This document shows, piece after piece, positions 1-8,236 of a DNA stretch of 32,000 bases. Every line of letters begins with the position of its first letter. Positions within the stretch are counted from its first letter, which is position 1. A model generated the notes under the pieces. It did no database searches, was not told the origin of the DNA, and saw nothing but the letters and a program-made list of their open reading frames with translations. A program made the translations under genes and the position numbers. The stretch is taken from NCBI GenBank assembly GCA_030668875.1, contig DAOVER010000019.1, forward strand, positions 26,651-58,650. The letters are read 5' to 3'. This DNA comes from Candidatus Heimdallarchaeota archaeon (GTDB lineage Archaea > Asgardarchaeota > Heimdallarchaeia > Heimdallarchaeales > Heimdallarchaeaceae).

Positions 1-4
1 AGAA

Positions 5-898
5 ATGAAACTTATCGAAGCAGCTCGTAAACTAGATAGGACAATGAATACTGACATATCTATAGAGAATCAAATTCTGCCGTTCATTTGGAAGTTTATG
101 ACTCCAGCCTTGACTTTGCTTCCCTTTCATACTACCAATATTTATGTTATCGGTGATGAAACGAAATATATTATTGATCCCGGAGCAAATAGTGTGTCAG
201 ATATTGTAAATCTTCTGAGTTTTATCGAAGAGCATATCAATGAAATTGAGGGTATCATTTTAACAAGTGCAAATGCTGATCATTGTAATCAGGTTCTGGA
301 ACTGAAAAAGCGATATAATTTCCCAATTTACTCTTCTCATAACGTATCAGAGGTTATGAAAAAGGAAGATTGTGTTGTTAACCATATTTTAAAAGAAGGT
401 GACAAAATTCAATTAGGAACCTACAAACCTTCAGATAAGGACTGGTTTCTGGAAGTCATAGGGCTTCCTGGGAACTCCCCTGGATGTATTGGTTTATTTG
501 ATTCGAGAGGTATTATCTTTACTGGCTCAACACTTCATAAAACATTAACTAGCACGCCTGGTCCTTATCCTAATTCATATGATGAATTATTTAGAAGCAT
601 TGAAAGGCTGAAGAAATATCCTGCTCGTTTTGGACTTTCTGGTCGCGGAAATATAATGACAGATGTGAATGCCTCAATATCACTCAATTTAAAAAGAATG
701 AAATGGGCAGAGAAATCTATTTTAAAGCATCTTAAAGCAGGTATTTCTCAGATAGATGAAATTGCAGAAGAACTTGCTAATAAAAAACTACCCTTATGGA
801 AAAGAGTGACAAGGAATACAATTGAAGCAAATCTTGAGAAACTTGTTATACAAAAAAAGATCATACGCAGAGGGGAAGATTACTTACTCTCAAATTAA
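5..898 (+). CDS. Metallo-beta-lactamase-fold protein (LACTB2-like, probable C-terminal winged helix) with degenerate metal site; may be 5'-partial
   Basis: MBL scaffold motifs TTNIYVIG, IIDPG, IILTSANADH, LPGNSPG, IFTGS and LSGRG sit where TNxYLIG, LIDxG, THxHxDH, TPGHSPG, FTGD and PGHG are expected. The frame is open to the window edge (codon 2-4 is GAA), so the true start may lie upstream. Confidence 0.75.
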   Translation: MKLIEAARKLDRTMNTDISIENQILPFIWKFMTPALTLLPFHTTNIYVIGDETKYIIDPGANSVSDIVNLLSFIEEHINEIEGIILTSANADHCNQVLELKKRYNFPIYSSHNVSEVMKKEDCVVNHILKEGDKIQLGTYKPSDKDWFLEVIGLPGNSPGCIGLFDSRGIIFTGSTLHKTLTSTPGPYPNSYDELFRSIERLKKYPARFGLSGRGNIMTDVNASISLNLKRMKWAEKSILKHLKAGISQIDEIAEELANKKLPLWKRVTRNTIEANLEKLVIQKKIIRRGEDYLLSN

Positions 899-955
899 CA
901 TGCAATTCAAAATTCCCACATTAAACTTATATTTGAGAGTTATTCTATCAAATCA

Positions 956-2404
956 ATGAGTATCCCCGTTATACTAGAAATTTGTGATCCTAACTCATGT
1001 GGACTAGAATGTGTTAATATTTGTCCTCAGAATAAGAAGGGTAAATTGGCAATTGAGATCAAAGAAGATAAAGCACACATTATAAAAAAGCATTGCATTA
1101 ATTGTTTGCAATGTGTTTATGTTTGTCCATTAGATGCTATAGAAACTACAATAGGTGTCAGTAAAAAAGTAACTTCTTCAAAACTAAAAACAGAAAAAAC
1201 AAAGAAAACTGGACGAGAAGAAAAAAACATTTTCACTATCGATGAAACGGTATTTGAAAGGTACAGTGAAAAGAAAACTATTTTCAATAGAAGAATCTGG
1301 GATGAGAGTTATGAAGGTTATAAGAAACCGATATATGGGAAAGCATCAGAAAGAGCAAAATTGGGGATAGATGGATACTCTGAAATCGAACAAGCTGCTA
1401 TGGATGCTGCATGGTCGATTGAAAATCTTGTTTCTATGAAGGAATTTCATGAAGAGCGTTCAAAAACACTAACTAAAGAGGAAAAAAAGAAGGTTGAGGT
1501 TGCTAAAGTTAAAACAGATGTTAAGCAAGTAAATTATGATGTTCAACAACCTCAGCAATACAAAGTAGAAGACCCCAAAGAAATGACCACTTGGTTGAAA
1601 AAAGTAGCAAAATTGTATGGTGCAAATCTTATAGGAATAGCAAAGCTTGATCCAAAATGGATATACTCCGAAGATAGAATGGAAAGAGAATATGTTCTTC
1701 CCAAAAATCTACAGTATGCGATAGTTATTGCAATTGAAATGAATCAAGGAGCAATAAACACTTCCCCAAAGATGCCTTCTGGCATTGCAACTGGTTTAGG
1801 ATATTCGAAGATGGCATTTGTTAGAACTCTAGTTTCAAAATTTGTTAAAAATCTAGGATATGAAGCTATACCTGCTGGAAACACTTTAGGACTCTCTGTT
1901 CCACTTGCAGTTGAAGCAGGATTAGGTGGTTATGGTAGACAAGGTTTGCTAATTACACGAGATTATGGGCCTAGGGTTAGAATTGGCAAAATATTGACTG
2001 ACATGCCTTTAGTTGCAGATAAACCTGATTACAAATTTGCTAAATCAGTCGTTAAATTCTGCCGTACATGCAAAACATGTGCAGAAAGATGTCCTTCAGC
2101 TTCAATACCTTTTGATGATGATGAGAGTTACAAAACTTATAGTACCAGTAATAATCCTGGAATTAAGAAGTGGTATATAAATGTGGAAACTTGTTTTCTC
2201 TTCTGGTTAGAGAATGGTGGAGATTGTTCAAATTGTATAGCTGATTGTGAATACAATCATGTTCCAACTTGGCCTCATAAATTTGCAAATTGGATTGTTA
2301 TGAACTTTCCTTTTCTTAATCCTATTTGGCCATCTATAGGAAAAATGTTAGGTTATGGTGGTAACAAGTCTGCTAAGAAATTCTGGAAGAAAATTAAGGT
2401 GTAA
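956..2404 (+). CDS. rdhA: Reductive dehalogenase-like (RdhA/QueG family) cobalamin and Fe-S protein with an extra N-terminal RLI/ABCE1-type 2x[4Fe-4S] domain
   Basis: Core motifs KKVAKLYGANLIGIAKLDPKWIYS, LGYEA, VPLAVEAGLGGYGRQGLLITRDYGPRVRI, then CRTCKTCAERCP and CFLFWLENGGDCSNCIADC (the RdhA twin Fe-S motif). N-terminal C10-x4-C15-x3-C19-x3-C23-P and C47-x2-C50-x2-C53-x3-C57-P. No RRxFLK Tat signal. Confidence 0.85.
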   Translation: MSIPVILEICDPNSCGLECVNICPQNKKGKLAIEIKEDKAHIIKKHCINCLQCVYVCPLDAIETTIGVSKKVTSSKLKTEKTKKTGREEKNIFTIDETVFERYSEKKTIFNRRIWDESYEGYKKPIYGKASERAKLGIDGYSEIEQAAMDAAWSIENLVSMKEFHEERSKTLTKEEKKKVEVAKVKTDVKQVNYDVQQPQQYKVEDPKEMTTWLKKVAKLYGANLIGIAKLDPKWIYSEDRMEREYVLPKNLQYAIVIAIEMNQGAINTSPKMPSGIATGLGYSKMAFVRTLVSKFVKNLGYEAIPAGNTLGLSVPLAVEAGLGGYGRQGLLITRDYGPRVRIGKILTDMPLVADKPDYKFAKSVVKFCRTCKTCAERCPSASIPFDDDESYKTYSTSNNPGIKKWYINVETCFLFWLENGGDCSNCIADCEYNHVPTWPHKFANWIVMNFPFLNPIWPSIGKMLGYGGNKSAKKFWKKIKV

Positions 2405-2413
2405 CATTCCACT

Positions 2414-3271
2414 TCATTGCTTAAAGAAATCTGCAAGTTTATGTTGTCCCTTGAAAGTTGTTTTTTCTGGAGTCATCACACTCAAACCTTTTTCTTCCAG
2501 CATCTCTCTGAAGTTGCTAGCAATAGGTGGGGCGTAACCAGAAAAATGTTGATTGATATAGACATAAGCTGACTTCTTGTTAGAGTTATTTGCTAACCCC
2601 TTAACTAATTGCCCTACCATCTCTTCTACTAAATCACTTCTGTCTAAAACTTGTCTCCCTAATCCTGTCTGAGTGCCGTGTGATCCAATAATTCTTAGAT
2701 AGAAATAATCCTTTTTAATTTCCTCATATAATTTGAGTTTGAGATATGGTAAATAAGCACTTACTATCCCCAGTTTATTGTCATTAAGGAAATCATAAGT
2801 TTCTTCATTGAACCATGTCTTATGTCTGAATTCTAATAAGAGTGTATAATCATTGTGTGGAAAAAAACTTACAAATGTTTCTAATTCGTCCATTGTTTTT
2901 GCAGTTTTGTCAAAACTAGGGTAGAATTGCATGACTAGGGGACCGAGCTTATCCTTCAATGGATTCATGATATGTAAAAAGGATTTTAAACTTTCATGGG
3001 TTGTAGCAAGGTTTTCAGCTTGCGCGATTATTTTTGGTATTTTTGCTGTAAGAACAAAGTCATCTGGTAATAATCTTGCCCATCGTTTTGTGTTCTCTAA
3101 TCTTGGAAAAGCATAGAATGTCGAATTTATCTCACAAGTAGTAAATTGTGTTGAATAATATGCGAGTAACTCATAATTTTTAACATCTGATGGATAAAAC
3201 CCACCTAAATTTGCCTTCCAATCACCATAATTAAATCCAGTACAACCAACATGAACTTGTTGATTTGTCAT
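2414..3271 (-). CDS. DUF72 (YecE/YunF family) TIM-barrel protein with C-terminal PIP box
   Basis: VHVGCTGFNYGDW, YYSTQFTTCEINSTFYAFP, FVLTAKIP, LGPLVMQFYPSF, LEFRHKTW and YVYINQ match the DUF72 pattern. ATG at 3271 is preferred over TTG at 3280. The protein ends in QHKLADFFKQ. Confidence 0.9.
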   Translation of the reverse strand: MTNQQVHVGCTGFNYGDWKANLGGFYPSDVKNYELLAYYSTQFTTCEINSTFYAFPRLENTKRWARLLPDDFVLTAKIPKIIAQAENLATTHESLKSFLHIMNPLKDKLGPLVMQFYPSFDKTAKTMDELETFVSFFPHNDYTLLLEFRHKTWFNEETYDFLNDNKLGIVSAYLPYLKLKLYEEIKKDYFYLRIIGSHGTQTGLGRQVLDRSDLVEEMVGQLVKGLANNSNKKSAYVYINQHFSGYAPPIASNFREMLEEKGLSVMTPEKTTFKGQHKLADFFKQ

Positions 3272-3393
3272 TATAATCAACTCTTGAAATAGTTTTCAAT
3301 TAAAAAACCCGTTATATTTGCTAAAAATCTTTCTTATCTAATTGCGGAGAGAACTACTATAATCTATTTAATATCTCTTGAGAACTGTATTTT

Positions 3394-3493
3394 GCCTTTA
3401 GGCGACCCCTTGCCCGTGAGGGGAAGTAGTGGCAGTTAGAACAACTCTTAGGGTTTCGCCACTAACTCTCCTCCATCCACCAGGGTATTTTTT
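3394..3493 (+). ncRNA. Candidate structured small RNA or cis-regulatory element, family unknown; strand tentative
   Basis: About 56% GC over 3395-3485 (hand count 51/91) in an AT-rich intergenic region. Stems CCCCT(3406-10)/AGGGG(3419-23) and TAGTGGC(3427-33)/GCCACTA(3458-64). TATA-like TTTAATA at 3367-73 and a T6 tract at 3488-93. Confidence 0.4.
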
Positions 3494-3578
3494 CTATTTA
3501 CCTATTTTGTTTTATCCAAAAAAAGTGAAAAATTGAAGAGAAAAGAAAATGTTAATGCTAAAAGGGAAAAATATAAAA

Positions 3579-3959
3579 TTAATACTTTCTTGAAGACAAT
3601 CTTGACTTATTGAATGTAGAATCTTTTTTATTATTTTGAATTTCGTAGCATTTCCTGCAATATACAGGTTTAACTCCTGTGGGCTTAAATGGAACTTCTG
3701 TGTTTTTATTACACGCATAACAAACTGCTTTATGCAGCTCAAACTCCTTTTCGTTTGATTTTTTGTAACGATCTTTTTTTCTTGGAGTCCTTCTTCTGAC
3801 TTCATTATTACTACTATCACGTACTCGGTTGTTGGGTTTGGCTCCAGATCTATATTTAGGTTTATCTCTAGTTTTGTAAATTGGTTTTCTTTTTGTATTT
3901 CTACTGTTTTTTAATGTGAGATGTTTGCTAGAGCCCACATTCTTCTGTTTATTATTCAT
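3579..3959 (-). CDS. CxxC-x17-CxxC zinc-ribbon protein with a long Lys/Arg-rich N-terminus
   Basis: CYAC-NKNTEVPFKPTGVKPVY(17 aa)-CRKC, the VPFKP/PVYC signature of this family. GGTG lies upstream of the ATG. Confidence 0.9.
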   Translation of the reverse strand: MNNKQKNVGSSKHLTLKNSRNTKRKPIYKTRDKPKYRSGAKPNNRVRDSSNNEVRRRTPRKKDRYKKSNEKEFELHKAVCYACNKNTEVPFKPTGVKPVYCRKCYEIQNNKKDSTFNKSRLSSRKY

Positions 3960-4152
3960 TTGAACACCTTTATCTACTAGATTATTCTGTTATCATTTCC
4001 TTACAATTATTTTTGTTATTTTTGTATTTATTTATATCAGCTAATTCTTCTCTCTCTCTTTTTAAACACGTCTGTCTTTGTACTATCTTTGTGTCTATTG
4101 AGTTCAATTTAAAAAGGCTCAAACATTACATCGCTAAAAGGTGGATTGTGAA

Positions 4153-5463
4153 ATGGACACATTAGAAAAATTGTCGAAACATATGCTTGTTGATGGTTTT
4201 CCATTGATACTTGATATGGAAAAAAGCCAAGGCTGTCGAATTTATGATAAAAAAACTGATAAAACTTTTCTAGACTTCTTCTCATTCTTTGCATCCAATC
4301 CTGTTGGTATGAACCATCCTGAGATGGTAAGCAAGGAATTTATCAATAAGATAGGAACAATAGCAGTTAATAAACCAAGTTGCTCAGATTTTTATACAGA
4401 TGAAATGGGTGACTTTGTTGAAACTTTCAGTAGAGTAGGAATACCCGATTTTCTTCCAAATCTTTTCATGATATCTGGTGGTGCTTTAGCAGTAGAAAAT
4501 GCTCTTAAAGCTGCTTTTGACTGGAAAGTTAGAAAGAATTTTGCTAAAGGTATTGAAGAAGAAGTAGGTTCTAAAATTATTCATTTTGAACAAGCATTTC
4601 ATGGACGAAGTGGATACACCCTTAGCTTAACAAACACTTTCGATCCACGTAAAATAAAATACTTCCCTAAATTCAAAGATTGGCCAAGAGTTATCAATCC
4701 TAAAATCACTTTTCCTCTTGAAGATAATATTGAATCGGTAATGCAGTTAGAGGAAAAAAGTTGTCATCAAATACATGATGCTATAGAGAAATATGGAGAT
4801 GATATTGCAGCTTTAATCATCGAACCTATTCAAGCAGAGGGTGGTGATAATCATTTCCGACAACAGTTTTTTGAGAAATTAAGGACTATATGTAACTCCC
4901 ACGATATTATGCTTGTTTATGATGAGATTCAAACTGGTGGAGGTATGACAGGTACTTTCTGGGCCCTTGATCAATTTGGTGAAAAAGCTAGACCTGATAT
5001 TATCGCCTTTGGAAAGAAAATGCAAGTATGTGGAATTCTTTCTTCCGACAAAGTTAAGGAAGTGGAAAACAGTGTTTTTGAAGAATCTAGTCGCATAAAT
5101 AGCACTTGGGGAGGCAATCTTGTTGACATGGTCCGTGCTACAAAATATTTAGAAATAATAGAGAAGGACAACTTAATGGCTAAGACAGCTACTAATGGTA
5201 AATACATGTTAGATCTGGTTTATGAATTCCAAACAGACTTTCCTGAGCTAATATCCAACGCTCGTGGAAGAGGATACTTCATTGCCTTTGACCTTCCTGA
5301 TACTGCAACGCGTGATAAAATCAAGAAAATAGCTTATGATAAACAGCTATTGATTTTAGGTTGTGGTGAAAAGACTATCCGTTTCAGACCATACCTCACA
5401 ACTGAACAAGCTGAAATAGATGAAGGTATGAATATTCTTTTAGAGATTATTAAATCTCTTTAA
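4153..5463 (+). CDS. lat: L-lysine 6-aminotransferase (class III PLP aminotransferase)
   Basis: KHMLVDG N-terminus, FLDFFSFFAS, SGGALAVENALKAAFDWK, AFHGRSGY, IEPIQAEGGD, DEIQTG, PLP lysine in FGKKMQVCG and STWGGNL. ATG 4153, alternative GTG 4141. Confidence 0.9.
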   Translation: MDTLEKLSKHMLVDGFPLILDMEKSQGCRIYDKKTDKTFLDFFSFFASNPVGMNHPEMVSKEFINKIGTIAVNKPSCSDFYTDEMGDFVETFSRVGIPDFLPNLFMISGGALAVENALKAAFDWKVRKNFAKGIEEEVGSKIIHFEQAFHGRSGYTLSLTNTFDPRKIKYFPKFKDWPRVINPKITFPLEDNIESVMQLEEKSCHQIHDAIEKYGDDIAALIIEPIQAEGGDNHFRQQFFEKLRTICNSHDIMLVYDEIQTGGGMTGTFWALDQFGEKARPDIIAFGKKMQVCGILSSDKVKEVENSVFEESSRINSTWGGNLVDMVRATKYLEIIEKDNLMAKTATNGKYMLDLVYEFQTDFPELISNARGRGYFIAFDLPDTATRDKIKKIAYDKQLLILGCGEKTIRFRPYLTTEQAEIDEGMNILLEIIKSL

Positions 5464-5612
5464 TTTCTTTTCTTCTCCATTGCGATGATTTTAAATATAT
5501 ATCTTTTTGTTATTTTTTATAGCTAATAAATTAGCTCAAGAGAAATATGATTCATGATTAAACTTATTATTTCGAAATTTCATCATGAATCTGAAAAATA
5601 AGGTGAAAAAAA

Positions 5613-6524
5613 TTGCCTCTAGTAGAATGTGTGCCTAATTTCAGTGAAGGAAGGCGTGAAGAAGTAGTACAACAAATAGTTGATGCTATTAAAAAAACTG
5701 GCAAGATAACTCTTCTTGACAGTCGTATGGATCCTGATCATAATAGGGCTGTAGTTACTTTCATAGGTGAACCTAATGATTGTTTAAAAGCAGCTTTTGC
5801 AGGATGTAAGAAAGCAACAGAGCTCATCGATATGAATGAACATCAGGGAGAACATAATAGATTTGGAGCTACAGATGTTATTCCTTTCATACCTGTTTCT
5901 GATATTACGTTAGATGAATGTGTGATTCTAGCAAAGAAACTTGGAGAAAAAATAGCAAAGGAACTAGAAATCCCCATATATCTTTATGGTGCTGCTGCAG
6001 AGAAACCTGAAAGAGAAGTTCTACAAAAATTCAGAACTAAAAATTTCCAATATGAGCAATTGAAAGAAGAAATTGCAACAAATGATGATCACATTCCTGA
6101 TTATGGTGAAAGAGCCACTCATCCCACTGCAGGAGCAACAATTATTGGTGCTAGAAACTTTCTTGTCGCTTACAATGTTTATCTTGATACAAATGATATG
6201 GAAATAGCAAAAATTATTGCAAGAAATATTAGACACAGTGGTGGTGGACTCAGATATATCCAAGCGGGAGCAATGGAAATAACTGAACGAAAGTGTGTTC
6301 AAGTTTCAATGAATATAACAGATTACAAAGGAACACCTATACACCGTGTTTTTAATATGATCAAAAGAGAAGCGGAAAGATTTGGTGTAGCAGTAACCGA
6401 AAGTGAGATCTATGGAATGGTTCCAATGGATGCTTTGCTTGATGCTGCAGAAAGCTATTTACAATTGAACAAATTCAATAGAGATCAAATTATAGAAAAA
6501 AAAGTAAATTCTAAGAGTGAATAA
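5613..6524 (+). CDS. ftcD: Glutamate formimidoyltransferase (FTCD transferase domain, stand-alone)
   Basis: LVECVPNFSEGRR, DPDHNRAVVT, IDMNEHQGEHNRFGATDVIPFIP, GARNFLVAYNV, VQVSMN, ESEIYGMVP. TTG start preceded by AAGGTGA. Confidence 0.93.
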   Translation: MPLVECVPNFSEGRREEVVQQIVDAIKKTGKITLLDSRMDPDHNRAVVTFIGEPNDCLKAAFAGCKKATELIDMNEHQGEHNRFGATDVIPFIPVSDITLDECVILAKKLGEKIAKELEIPIYLYGAAAEKPEREVLQKFRTKNFQYEQLKEEIATNDDHIPDYGERATHPTAGATIIGARNFLVAYNVYLDTNDMEIAKIIARNIRHSGGGLRYIQAGAMEITERKCVQVSMNITDYKGTPIHRVFNMIKREAERFGVAVTESEIYGMVPMDALLDAAESYLQLNKFNRDQIIEKKVNSKSE

Positions 6525-6525
6525 T

Positions 6526-7164
6526 ATGAGTAAAGAATTAATCGAAATGAGAATAACAGAATTTCTTAATGTCCTAGCATCTGATGCTCCTGCACCTGGC
6601 GGTGGAGCAGCCGCAGCTATCGCTGGAGCTATGGGAGCAGGATTAGGTTCAATGGTTGCTAACCTAACTATTGGTAAAGAAGGATATGAAACTGTACAAG
6701 ATTTTTTCAAGGAAAAGCTTGCCAGAACTGAGGCTTTAAGAGCTAAGTTAACTGAATTAGTTGATTTAGATGCTAATGCTTTTAGTGGAGTCATCAAATC
6801 ATTTGGTTTACCAAAGGGAACAGAAGAGGAAAAAGCTACTCGCTCTGCTACAATTTTAGCAGAATATAAAGTTGCTACTGAAGTTCCCATGGAAACTTGT
6901 AAAGCATGCCGAGAAGTTATAAACCATCTAATTGACATGGGTACTAAAGGTAATAAAAACGCTTTAAGTGACATCGCAGTTGGTGCTTTATGCGCTCTTA
7001 CTGGACTTAAATCAGCTGTTCATAATGTTGAAATCAATCTTGGTTATATTGTTGGTAAAGACAAAGCATATGCAGACCAGATGGAAGCACAACTAGAAGA
7101 ACTATTAGAGAATATAGACGAAAAGGTCAATCAACTCGATGATGATGTTAGAGCAACCTTCTAA
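6526..7164 (+). CDS. Formimidoyltetrahydrofolate cyclodeaminase (FTCD C-terminal domain, stand-alone)
   Basis: FLNVLASDAPAPGGGAAAA, LGSMVANLTIGK, LVDLDANAF, ATEVPM, GNKNALSDIAVG and NVEINL. ATG is 1 nt after the ftcD stop. Confidence 0.9.
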   Translation: MSKELIEMRITEFLNVLASDAPAPGGGAAAAIAGAMGAGLGSMVANLTIGKEGYETVQDFFKEKLARTEALRAKLTELVDLDANAFSGVIKSFGLPKGTEEEKATRSATILAEYKVATEVPMETCKACREVINHLIDMGTKGNKNALSDIAVGALCALTGLKSAVHNVEINLGYIVGKDKAYADQMEAQLEELLENIDEKVNQLDDDVRATF

Positions 7165-7202
7165 CAACTTTCTTTTTCATTTTATTTTCAATGTGATAAA
7201 AT

Positions 7203-7748
7203 ATGAATCTTATTTCCAAACTTCGATCTGTGCTGGACCCAATTGATAGGGAATTTCAATTAAAGGATAATCTTCGTCTTGCAGCTGTTCTAATACCAAT
7301 TTTTCTAAAAGATGAGAAAGTTCTTTTTACAAAACGAACTGAACAAGTAAAACATCATCAAGGACAAATTGCTTTTCCTGGTGGAAGATTTGAAGATAAG
7401 GATGAAAACCTTCTTACTACGGCTTTACGAGAAACTCACGAAGAGGTTGGAATAAAACCTGGAGCAGTAGAAATTTTAGGCAAACTTAACCCAGCAGATA
7501 CCATAAGTCATCACCATGTTCATCCTTACGTAGGGACAATATCTGAAGATGTTAGTTTAGAGATAAATCTTGATGAAGTTGCAGAATACTTCTTTGTTCC
7601 TTTATCACAATTACTAGCGGAGGAAACCTTAAAACAAGGAGAATTTGATGGGGAAAATAGATTTTACTATTCAGTGAATGAGTATAAAATCTGGGGTATT
7701 ACCGCTGGTATTTTATCTGATCTCTTAACTAGATTGAAATCAATCTAG
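7203..7748 (+). CDS. CoA pyrophosphatase-type Nudix hydrolase (NudL/PCD1-like)
   Basis: AAVLIP, LFTKRTEQVKHHQGQIAFPGG (UPF0035-like), Nudix box GGRFEDKDENLLTTALRETHEEVG, and IWGITAGIL. Confidence 0.9.
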   Translation: MNLISKLRSVLDPIDREFQLKDNLRLAAVLIPIFLKDEKVLFTKRTEQVKHHQGQIAFPGGRFEDKDENLLTTALRETHEEVGIKPGAVEILGKLNPADTISHHHVHPYVGTISEDVSLEINLDEVAEYFFVPLSQLLAEETLKQGEFDGENRFYYSVNEYKIWGITAGILSDLLTRLKSI

Positions 7749-8143
7749 AACTTAAGTTCATCTATTAAACTTTCGATTTCTTCGTCTTCATCAGGTTTTT
7801 CTTCTGATTCTTCTTCAATTTCTTCGTCTTCTATCATGGTTATAACTGGTATTCTCTGATCTTTAAGATGGTATATGTAAGCTTCTTTGTCTCCCAGAGC
7901 ATCTAACATACTGCCAGCTAACTCGCTATAAGCATCGTCTAAAGTTACAATAGAGTCCTGTGTTTGTTGCCAAGTATAATATTCGCTTTTATTCGCATGA
8001 AAGTATGTGACCATTTCTTCAGGATTGAAAAATTTCTTTTCGATATCATCTCGTATAGTTGTAAGTTTGAAAAGGTTGAATCGGTATTTTTCTAACATTT
8101 GCCCACTTTTTTCCAAGTATTCCTTGAAAGTAATTTCTTTCAT
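7745..8143 (-). CDS. Hypothetical protein with acidic C-terminal tail
   Basis: 132-aa ATG ORF filling the gap. Its TAG stop overlaps the convergent Nudix stop (shared CTAG). No family recognised. Confidence 0.65.
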   Translation of the reverse strand: MKEITFKEYLEKSGQMLEKYRFNLFKLTTIRDDIEKKFFNPEEMVTYFHANKSEYYTWQQTQDSIVTLDDAYSELAGSMLDALGDKEAYIYHLKDQRIPVITMIEDEEIEEESEEKPDEDEEIESLIDELKF

Positions 8144-8236
8144 GAATCAATATAATAATCTTTGAATATAACTTATTCGGCTTAAAAACACAAAATAGAG
8201 GGTAAATTTCTTAAATAGTTAATACAATGTCCTCTC

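Noticed and set aside
956-1140. ABCE1/RLI gene or remnant
   Set aside because: No ABC ATPase domains follow; the frame runs directly into the RdhA core.
3394-3493. tRNA, tRNA-Sec, 5S rRNA, hammerhead/HDV ribozyme or fluoride riboswitch
   Set aside because: There is a CCACCA but no acceptor partner, T-loop or anticodon arm. The CUGAUGA core and other consensus motifs are absent on both strands.
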